This document shows, in pieces, positions 5,409 through 12,254 of a DNA stretch of 16,885 nt. Position numbers and translations under genes: made by a program. The notes under the pieces are model-generated. The model was not told where the DNA came from, ran no database searches, and saw nothing but the letters and a program-made list of their open reading frames with translations. The first letter of the stretch is position 1. Every line of letters begins with the position of its first letter. This DNA comes from a virus. The stretch lies in IMG/VR virus record IMGVR_UViG_3300037511_000197, one strand, 5' to 3'.

Positions 5409-8402
5409 ATGGGATGGATCGCGGCAGCGTGGGACACGGTTACGCGCGCTCTCTCCCCGTCTCCGCCGTTCGTGCTCGAGCTCGAGCCGGCCGCCACGTT
5501 CGCCTCGACGGAGAGCGCACCGCGGCCGATCGATCAGGTGCTCGCCGCCATGTCCGGGCTGAGCAACACCCGCGTGGGCCGCACGGAGGCGCTGCAGGTC
5601 GCCGCCGTGCAGCGCGGCCGCAACGAGCTGTGCGCGATCGGCACGCTCCCGCTGCGGCTGTTCAACGGGCTGAACATCGTGCAGCACCCGCTCTTCCGGC
5701 AGACCGACCCGGACGTCCCCAACATCATCACGATGGCCCAGACGATCGAAGACCTGATCTTCGAGGGCGCCGCGTGGTGGCGGGTGATCTCCCGCGACTT
5801 CGACCTGTACCCCGTCGCCGCCCGGTACGTGCCGTACGGCAAGGTCCAGCTACGGCCGCCGGCCGACCAGGTGCGCGCCCCCAACCCGACCGGTCTGCCC
5901 GCCCCTGGCAAGTACGTGTGGATCGACGGCGAGCAGGTCCCTATCGCGGACATGATCCGTTTCGACTCCCCGAACCCGGGGCTGCTCACCGCGTGCGCTC
6001 GCAGCGTGCGGCGCGCGTTGCTGCTCGACCAGCTGGCCGCCATGTACGCCGAGAGCCCCCGCCCGCTGGACTACTTCACCACCCGCAGCGGCACGCTCGA
6101 CGTCGAGCCGATGAGCGAGACCGACCAGGACGTCTTCCTCGCCGAGTGGGAAGCCGCACGCCGGATGCGCGCGACCGGTTGGATACCGGAGAACGTCGAG
6201 CGGGTGGACGTGTCCACGCCCAGCCCCGCCGACTTGCAGCTCGTACAGCTGCAGCAGCAGGTGTCTCTCGAGATCGCGAACGGGCTGGGCGTCGACCCTG
6301 AAGACCTGGGCGTGTCGACCACGTCGCGCACGTACTTCAACGCCCAGGACCGCCGTCAGGAGAAGGTCAACCGGACGTACGCCCCGTACATGCGCGCGAT
6401 CACTGACCGGCTCACCATGGGCGACGTCACCCGCCGCGGCTACGAGGTGCGCTTCGATCTCAGCGACTACCTGCGCGCCGACCCGGCGACGCAAATTCTC
6501 TACTGGGAAGGGCTGCAGCGCATGCGCGTCGCCTCGACGGAATGGATCGCCGACCAGGCTGGCATCTCGCAGGACCGGATGCCGGCCCCGGACGCCGCGC
6601 CGCCCGCGCCGGCCGCGCTGCCCGCCGGGCAGAGCTCGCAGCGCATCTCCGTGCAGCTGGACGCCGGACCCCGGACGTTCACCGTGGACGCACCCACGCA
6701 GCGGTTCTCCGCCGACGTCGAGCGGCGCACCATTTCCGGCCTGGCGCTGCCCTACGGCAAGGTGGCCCGCAAGTACGGCATCTCGTACCGGTTCCTGCCC
6801 GGCTCCCTCGAGTGGTCGGACGTGTCGCGCGTCAAGCACCTCAAGGACCACATCACCCCGATCGGGGTGGCGAAGTCCATCACGTCGACCGCGGAGGGGC
6901 TCGAGGTCACCCTCGGCGTGAGCGACGGTATCGAGGGCAGCCGCGAGAAGGCCGAACGTGATCAGCTGCTCTTCGACGCCGCGGAGGGGCTGTACGACGG
7001 GCTGTCGGTGGGCGTGGACTTCCAGGTCACCGACGACCCGGACACCACGGACGCCGTCTACAACGAGACCGACGGCGTGTACGACGTGCGCCGTGCGTCG
7101 CTGCAGGAAGTCAGCACCACCCCGCTGCCCGCATTCGCAGACGCCCGCGTGACCAAGGTGGCCGCGAGCCGAGATGGAGGAAACATGCCCTGCCCCAATT
7201 GCGGTCACCAGCACGCCCCGGGGGTGTCGTGCCACACCGCGGCCCAGCGGGCCCAGGAGGCGGCTGCCCAGTTCCACCAGCCGACCACCCCGGCGCCCGG
7301 CACCCCGTCGCCCGCGCCGACGCCCACGCCCGCCCCGGCGCCGTCCGGTCCGGAGCAGGTCACCCCGCAGGCCCGGTTCGCCGCGACAGAGGTCCGCGAG
7401 CCCGCGCCGTACGTCTTCGACCGCACCGGGCACCTGCGCGCCGGTACCCACGACTTCTCCACTGACCTGTTCAACGGGTGGAGCAAGGGCGACCTCGCGG
7501 CCAAGGACCGCGCGTCGACGTTCGTGCGGGAGGCATTCGCGGTCACCCCCGCCAACGTGGCCAGCCTCAACCCGACGATCAACCGGCCCGACATGTACGT
7601 CGACCAGCTGGACTACACGTCGCCGATCTGGGAGGCCATCAACAAGGGCACCCTGACCAACCAGACCCCGTTCACGGTGCCGAAGTTCTCGGCATCGTCC
7701 GGCCTGGTCGCCGACCACGTCACCGGTACCGAGCCGACCCCCGGCGCGTTCTCCGCGACCGTGCAGACCATCACCCCGACCGGCGTGTCCGGCAAGGTGG
7801 AGGTGACCCGCGAGGCGTGGGACCAGGGCGGCAACCCGCAGATGTCCGGGCTCATCTGGCGGCAGATGGTCCGCGGCTACCGCGAAGCCCTCGAGGCGTA
7901 CGCCGTCGCCCAGCTGGTCGCCGTCGCCGCATCGATGACGGACATCGTCATCACCACCGCGGCCGCCGACTCGGCGCTCGATCAGGCGCTCGCCGCGGCG
8001 CTCGTCCCGCTGCGCTACATCCGCGGCGGTGACCGGTTCACTGACGTGTTCACGCAGGTCGACCTCTACTCGGCGCTCGCGAAGGCCAAGGACACCGCCG
8101 GGCGGCCGCTGTACCCGGAGATCAACCCGCAGAACGCGGCCGGTACGCAGAACGACGGGTCCGGCCTGATCCAGGCCCGCGGCAAGAACTTCTGGCCGGC
8201 ATGGGCCACCGCGGCGACCAGCATCAACGCCTCGAGCTCGTACATGTTCAACCGCGACGTCGTGTGCGGCTGGGCGTCGGCGCCGCAGCGCATCGACATC
8301 GAGTGGCGCGTGGCGTGGGTCGACATCGGCATCTGGGGCTACAAGGCATTCGCGGTCACGGACTACACCGGCACCCGCGAGCTCGTCTACGACCCGGTGT
8401 GA
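5409..8402 (+). CDS. Portal / HK97-family prohead protease / major capsid protein fusion ORF, 997 aa
   Basis: Residues 1 to about 390 are portal-like (RTEALQVAAVQRGRNELCAIGTLPLRLF, DLIFEGAAWWRV). Residues about 425-585 are protease-like (RTISGLALPYGKVAR, VKHLKDH, DGLSVGVDF, EVSTTPLPAFADARV). Residues 593-650 hold CPNCGH..C.H plus a Pro/Thr/Ala linker. Residues about 650-997 look like an HK97-fold MCP. The reading frame is uninterrupted. Confidence 0.8.
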   Translation: MGWIAAAWDTVTRALSPSPPFVLELEPAATFASTESAPRPIDQVLAAMSGLSNTRVGRTEALQVAAVQRGRNELCAIGTLPLRLFNGLNIVQHPLFRQTDPDVPNIITMAQTIEDLIFEGAAWWRVISRDFDLYPVAARYVPYGKVQLRPPADQVRAPNPTGLPAPGKYVWIDGEQVPIADMIRFDSPNPGLLTACARSVRRALLLDQLAAMYAESPRPLDYFTTRSGTLDVEPMSETDQDVFLAEWEAARRMRATGWIPENVERVDVSTPSPADLQLVQLQQQVSLEIANGLGVDPEDLGVSTTSRTYFNAQDRRQEKVNRTYAPYMRAITDRLTMGDVTRRGYEVRFDLSDYLRADPATQILYWEGLQRMRVASTEWIADQAGISQDRMPAPDAAPPAPAALPAGQSSQRISVQLDAGPRTFTVDAPTQRFSADVERRTISGLALPYGKVARKYGISYRFLPGSLEWSDVSRVKHLKDHITPIGVAKSITSTAEGLEVTLGVSDGIEGSREKAERDQLLFDAAEGLYDGLSVGVDFQVTDDPDTTDAVYNETDGVYDVRRASLQEVSTTPLPAFADARVTKVAASRDGGNMPCPNCGHQHAPGVSCHTAAQRAQEAAAQFHQPTTPAPGTPSPAPTPTPAPAPSGPEQVTPQARFAATEVREPAPYVFDRTGHLRAGTHDFSTDLFNGWSKGDLAAKDRASTFVREAFAVTPANVASLNPTINRPDMYVDQLDYTSPIWEAINKGTLTNQTPFTVPKFSASSGLVADHVTGTEPTPGAFSATVQTITPTGVSGKVEVTREAWDQGGNPQMSGLIWRQMVRGYREALEAYAVAQLVAVAASMTDIVITTAAADSALDQALAAALVPLRYIRGGDRFTDVFTQVDLYSALAKAKDTAGRPLYPEINPQNAAGTQNDGSGLIQARGKNFWPAWATAATSINASSSYMFNRDVVCGWASAPQRIDIEWRVAWVDIGIWGYKAFAVTDYTGTRELVYDPV

Positions 8403-8408
8403 TCCCAA

Positions 8409-8461
8409 CCTGCGGGACCGGCGGGGGGCTGATGATGTTGGACCCCCGCCGGACCTGCAGG
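8409..8461 (+). terminator. Hairpin directly after the capsid ORF (terminator or attenuator candidate)
   Basis: CCGGCGGGGG (8418..8427) pairs with CCCCCGCCGG (8443..8452). An imperfect outer stem CCTGCGGGA/ACCTGCAGG extends it. TATT follows. Confidence 0.5.
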
Positions 8462-8510
8462 TATTCCCGACCGTCAATACGTCCCGCCAAGATCAGATCG
8501 AGGTGTGTCA

Positions 8511-8927
8511 ATGGCTACCAAGGAAGAGCTCGAGGCTCAAGTCTCGAGGCTGCAGACCGACAACGAACGGCTGCGCGGGCAGCTCGCCGCCGCCGGCAAC
8601 CGCCCGGCCGCCAACGTCCCGGCCGCCCTGCCGTTCCTCACTGAGGGGCAGCGGCAGGAGCTGCTCACGTTCGGCCAGACCACCCGCGCCGGGGGCGGCG
8701 CCGCCCTGTCGCTGAGCGAGGCCCGGGAGCTGTTCCCGGACGTCGACCTCTCCGACGCCACCGACGCCGCCCTCGCGGCCGACGAGCGGTTGCGTACCGA
8801 GGTGCTCGAGCGCGCGAGCATCCGCGGCGTCACCCACGTGTGGCCATCCATCGAACCGGGCGTGCTCGACCCGGCCGCCGTCGGCCTGCCGGGCATCTCC
8901 GGCCCCGGCCCGGACGCCCAGGCCTGA
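8511..8927 (+). CDS. Hypothetical protein, 138 aa, with an N-terminal coiled-coil-like segment (head-associated by position)
   Basis: GAGG (8500..8503) lies 7 nt before ATG 8511 (the ORF track starts at GTG 8505). EELEAQVSRLQTDNERLRGQL is heptad-like. No family recognised. Confidence 0.7.
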   Translation: MATKEELEAQVSRLQTDNERLRGQLAAAGNRPAANVPAALPFLTEGQRQELLTFGQTTRAGGGAALSLSEARELFPDVDLSDATDAALAADERLRTEVLERASIRGVTHVWPSIEPGVLDPAAVGLPGISGPGPDAQA

Positions 8928-8930
8928 GTC

Positions 8931-9527
8931 ATGCCGTGGGCACCGGACTACGTCACCACCGCGGAGTACGCCGCGTGGGCCCGGGTGGGCGACACCGCCG
9001 ATGACGCGGTGATCACCGGCCTGCTCACCGCGGCGTCCCGCGCGGTCGACCGTCGGTGCAACCGACAGTTCGGGCAGCTGTCCACGCCCGCCGCGCGCGT
9101 CTACCGGCAGGCCCCCGTGTACGACCGGCGGTCAGGGCTGTGGCTGCTCGCCGTCGACGACTTCGCCACCATCACCGGGGCGACCATCGCCCAGGGCACC
9201 GGCAGCGCCGTGGCGTACGCCTCGAGCGGCGCTACGGCGTGGCCGGACAACGCACCGGCCGACGGCAAGCCATGGACGCACCTCGCGTTCACCAGCTGCC
9301 CCACGCTGCCCGTCACCCCGACGATCCAGTGGGGCTGGGCGGCCGTGCCCGCCCAGGTACCCGCCGCGGTGAAGCTGCAGACCTCCCGGTTCGCGGCGCG
9401 CCGCGACTCGCCGTACGGGGTGGCCGGCTCACCCGCGGACGGCAGCGAGACCCGGCTGCTCGCCCGCCTCGACCCGGACGTTGCGGTGATGCTCACCGGG
9501 CTGGGCCGGCAGAGGCGGCCCGGATGA
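8931..9527 (+). CDS. Head-to-tail adaptor (gp6-like connector), 198 aa
   Basis: The N-terminal YVTTAEYAAWARVGDTADDAVITGLLTAASRAVDRRCNRQF and the C-terminal VKLQTSRFAARRDSPYGVAG...DPDV match the usual adaptor pattern. Its position after the capsid gene fits. Confidence 0.7.
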   Translation: MPWAPDYVTTAEYAAWARVGDTADDAVITGLLTAASRAVDRRCNRQFGQLSTPAARVYRQAPVYDRRSGLWLLAVDDFATITGATIAQGTGSAVAYASSGATAWPDNAPADGKPWTHLAFTSCPTLPVTPTIQWGWAAVPAQVPAAVKLQTSRFAARRDSPYGVAGSPADGSETRLLARLDPDVAVMLTGLGRQRRPG

Positions 9528-9925
9528 TCCTCGCCGACGTCATCGACCAGCTTGAGGCGCGCCTCAAGACGATCACCGGGCTGCGGGTGTACCCCTGGGG
9601 AACCTCGAAGATCACGCCGGTCGGCTGCGTGCTGACCATGCCGGAACGCATCTCAGTGCGGTCGGTCGGCGGCCGCGGCTCCCGGATCGAGGGGCTCGCC
9701 GTGGTGGTCGCCGTGGGCCGCACCACCGCGCGCACCGCGCCGCGGACGCTGTCGCCGTACGTGTCCACCGAAGGCGCACAGTCGATCAAGTACGTCCTCG
9801 AGACCGGTACCTACACGGCGTTCGATGCCGTCGAGGTCGACACGATCGAGATCAACGAGATGACCTTGGCGGGCGTGGACTACCTCGGCGCCATGATCAA
9901 CACCAACATCGTCGGGAAGGACTGA
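9524..9925 (+). CDS. Neck or tail-terminator-like protein, 133 aa (function by position only)
   Basis: ATGA overlap with the upstream gene. It lies between the adaptor and the major tail protein. Confidence 0.55.
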   Translation: MILADVIDQLEARLKTITGLRVYPWGTSKITPVGCVLTMPERISVRSVGGRGSRIEGLAVVVAVGRTTARTAPRTLSPYVSTEGAQSIKYVLETGTYTAFDAVEVDTIEINEMTLAGVDYLGAMINTNIVGKD

Positions 9926-9928
9926 GCC

Positions 9929-10330
9929 ATGGCCTTCGTGCATGGACGCAACACGGTGGTCAAGGTGGCCACGAAGGACATCTCGCCGTACAGCAAGACG
10001 AGCACCCTCGAGATCACCCCGGACGTCCACGAAACGACCGGGTACGGGTCCACCAACAAGACCAAGCAGGGCGGCCTGATCGACGGGAAGTTCTCCGTGT
10101 CGGGCACCTACGACAACACCGCCTCGACCGGCCCCGGTGCGTCGCTGCGGCCGCTGGTCGGCACCACGGCCGCCGTCATCCGCCAGATGGAGGGCACGGG
10201 CACCGGCAAGCCCCAGGACGCGTTCAGCGCGGTCGTCGGCAAGTACGTCGAGACGGCACCGGTCGACGACATGGTCACGTGGTCCTGCGACTTCGAGATC
10301 ACCGGTACCGTCAACACGACCGTCCAGTAA
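9929..10330 (+). CDS. Major tail (tube) protein, 133 aa
   Basis: HGRNTVVKV...DVHETTGYGS...GLIDGKFSVSGTYD...VDDMVTWSCDFEITG is the common tail-tube pattern. It sits immediately upstream of the chaperone and tape measure genes. Confidence 0.75.
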   Translation: MAFVHGRNTVVKVATKDISPYSKTSTLEITPDVHETTGYGSTNKTKQGGLIDGKFSVSGTYDNTASTGPGASLRPLVGTTAAVIRQMEGTGTGKPQDAFSAVVGKYVETAPVDDMVTWSCDFEITGTVNTTVQ

Positions 10331-10346
10331 CCACCAGGGGGAATCC

Positions 10347-10694
10347 GTGACCGAGGACATCAAGGCGAAGCTGCTCGGACCGCGCATCGTGGGCGAAGGC
10401 GACGAACGCCCGCACATCGACATCGAGGGCATCGGCCGGCTGTACCTGCGGCCGCTGAACCGGGCGGCCGCGCTGCGGCTGCGCACCGTCGACGACCTGG
10501 CCGAGAAGGACAACCTCCTGATCCACCTCGGCGTGGCCGAACCGGCGCTGTCCCTCGATGAGGTGCGGGCGTGGGCGGAAGTCGCCACCGCGGGGGAGTT
10601 GTCCGCGGTGAGCGAGGCTATCGCCACCATTTCCGGGATGACGAAGGGCAGCGCCAAGGAGGCCACCAAAAGCGCTCCTCGACGACGGCGATGA
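10347..10694 (+). CDS. Tail assembly chaperone (G-like), 115 aa
   Basis: AGGGGGAA RBS, GTG 10347, and a position between the major tail protein and the tape measure. The downstream frame continues open to the next gene. Confidence 0.7.
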   Translation: MTEDIKAKLLGPRIVGEGDERPHIDIEGIGRLYLRPLNRAAALRLRTVDDLAEKDNLLIHLGVAEPALSLDEVRAWAEVATAGELSAVSEAIATISGMTKGSAKEATKSAPRRRR

Positions 10695-10848
10695 TCTCGG
10701 CTTCGAGTGCTTCCTCGCCGAGAAACTCGGCATGATGATCTCGGAATTGCGCGAGCGAATGCAGGAATCCGAATTCGTGGTGTGGTCGCGCTATTACGCG
10801 TTGAAGACCCAACGCGAAGAGCTCGAGCGGTTGAAGGCGGGAGTGTGA
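10347..10848 (+). CDS. Tail assembly chaperone, frameshifted long form (GT-like); the shift to the +1 frame must occur within 10642..10692
   Basis: The +1 frame is open from 10642 (after TGA 10639) to TGA 10846..10848, 1 nt before the next start codon. The -1 frame stops after about 20 codons. The candidate slip site is ACC AAA AGC (A-run 10668..10671), followed by three rare CGA codons. Confidence 0.55.
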
Positions 10849-10849
10849 C

Positions 10850-11272
10850 GTGCCGGAACAGGTGAGCATCACCGGGCTGCGGGAATTCCAGCGGCAGCTA
10901 CGCGACATGGACACCGCGCTTCCCAAGCGAATCCGGCTGGTGCTCAACGACGCCGCCCAGGTGGTCATCGAGTACGCCCGGCCGCGCATCCCGCGCCGTA
11001 CGGGCCGCGCCGCCGGCAGCATTAAGGCCCGCTCCACGCAGCGCACCGCGGGCGTCGCGATCGGCGGCCGCCGCGCCGGCTACTACCCGTGGCTCGACTT
11101 CGGCGGCCAGGGCAAGCGCAAGGGCCGCCCGCCGGCCCGCCCGTTCATCAAGGAAGGCCGCTACCTGTACCCGGCGCTGCGGGTCAAGCGCGACGAGCTG
11201 ACCGAGATCATGTCGACGGGGCTGGCGGGGCTGGCCAAGGAAGCGGGATTGGAGGTGACCGGGGATGGCTAA
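10850..11272 (+). CDS. HK97 gp10-like head-tail joining or tail completion protein, 140 aa
   Basis: ITGLREFQRQLRDMD...IPRRTGRAAGSIKA...YYPWLDFGG...ARPFIKEGRY resembles the HK97 gp10 family pattern. GTG start. Confidence 0.6.
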   Translation: MPEQVSITGLREFQRQLRDMDTALPKRIRLVLNDAAQVVIEYARPRIPRRTGRAAGSIKARSTQRTAGVAIGGRRAGYYPWLDFGGQGKRKGRPPARPFIKEGRYLYPALRVKRDELTEIMSTGLAGLAKEAGLEVTGDG

Positions 11273-12251
11273 CCAGGTGACCCTGACGTTCGCGGGGGAG
11301 AGCACCAACCTCGAACAGACTTTCGATCGGGTGGGCGAATCGTCGAAGCGGGTCGGCGAGCACGCCAAGGAAGCCGGAGACGGGTTCAGCAAGGCTGGTG
11401 AGGCGGCCGACGAGGTCGACACTAAGGCCATGGGGTTCCGCGACACCCTGACCGGTGTGCAGGACTCCATGTCCGGACTGGCCATGCTCAGCAAGGGGCC
11501 CAGCTTCGAGGGTTTCCTCACCCTGGGTGCAGGTATCGGCGACCTGGGCAGCGGCTTTTACAACTTCCTCATCCCGGCGCTGGAAAAGACGAAACTCGCC
11601 ACGGTCGCCTCGACGGTGGCGAGCAAGGCCGCCGCCATCGGGACGAAGGCGTGGGCGGCCGCGCAGTGGCTGATGAGCGGTGCGCTGTGGGCGTCGCCGA
11701 TCACGTGGATCGTGGTGGCCATCATCGCGCTGATCGCCGTCATCGTGCTGATCGCGACCAAGACGGACTGGTTCCAACGGGCGTGGCGCGCCTCCTGGCG
11801 GTGGATCAAGGACGCAGCGTCGGACGTGTGGGAGTGGTTGAAGAAGGTGCCGGGGTGGATCGGCCACGCGTTCTCCAAGGTCGCCGACTTCCTCACCGCG
11901 CCGTTCCGGGCCGCGTTCAACTTCATCGCCCGCGCGTGGAACAACACCGTCGGCGGGCTGTCCTGGTCGGTGCCCAGCTGGGTGCCGTTCATCGGCGGCA
12001 ACTCGATCTCCGTGCCGCACCTGCGCACGTTCGACGTCGGCGGGTACGTCCCCGGGCACCCCGGTACCCCGGTGCTCGCCATGCTGCAGGCAGGCGAGCG
12101 GGTGCAGCCCCGCACCTCGAGCGGCAGCGGGGGGGTGCTGCGGCTGGGCTCCGACGGCACCCGCATGGGCGATTGGATCTTGGACGTGATCGCCGACGCC
12201 ATGCGTGGCCGCGGTGGCGACCCGGCGCAACTCGGCATCGAGCTGGGCTGA
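11265..12251 (+). CDS. Tape measure protein, unusually short (328 aa)
   Basis: It sits after the chaperone genes. It has an Ala/Gly-rich helical N-terminus and an internal hydrophobic segment (ITWIVVAIIALIAVIVLIA). Confidence 0.7.
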   Translation: MANQVTLTFAGESTNLEQTFDRVGESSKRVGEHAKEAGDGFSKAGEAADEVDTKAMGFRDTLTGVQDSMSGLAMLSKGPSFEGFLTLGAGIGDLGSGFYNFLIPALEKTKLATVASTVASKAAAIGTKAWAAAQWLMSGALWASPITWIVVAIIALIAVIVLIATKTDWFQRAWRASWRWIKDAASDVWEWLKKVPGWIGHAFSKVADFLTAPFRAAFNFIARAWNNTVGGLSWSVPSWVPFIGGNSISVPHLRTFDVGGYVPGHPGTPVLAMLQAGERVQPRTSSGSGGVLRLGSDGTRMGDWILDVIADAMRGRGGDPAQLGIELG

Positions 12252-12254
12252 CCC

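Noticed and set aside
5850-8477. Very long minus-strand ORFs: 875 aa here, also 13089..15140 (683 aa), 11208..12677 (489 aa), 15150..16334 (394 aa) and 3498..4352 (284 aa)
   Set aside because: All are antisense to plus-strand genes with recognisable phage motifs. Their translations are Arg/Gly/Pro/Ala-rich with no recognisable domains. They are high-GC shadow frames.
10731-10848. Independent 38-codon gene starting at ATG 10731 instead of a frameshift extension
   Set aside because: No convincing RBS is present. The frame is already open from 10642 and overlaps the end of the chaperone ORF. The position between the tail tube gene and the tape measure fits the conserved G/GT arrangement. It is retained as the alternative hypothesis in the frameshift finding.
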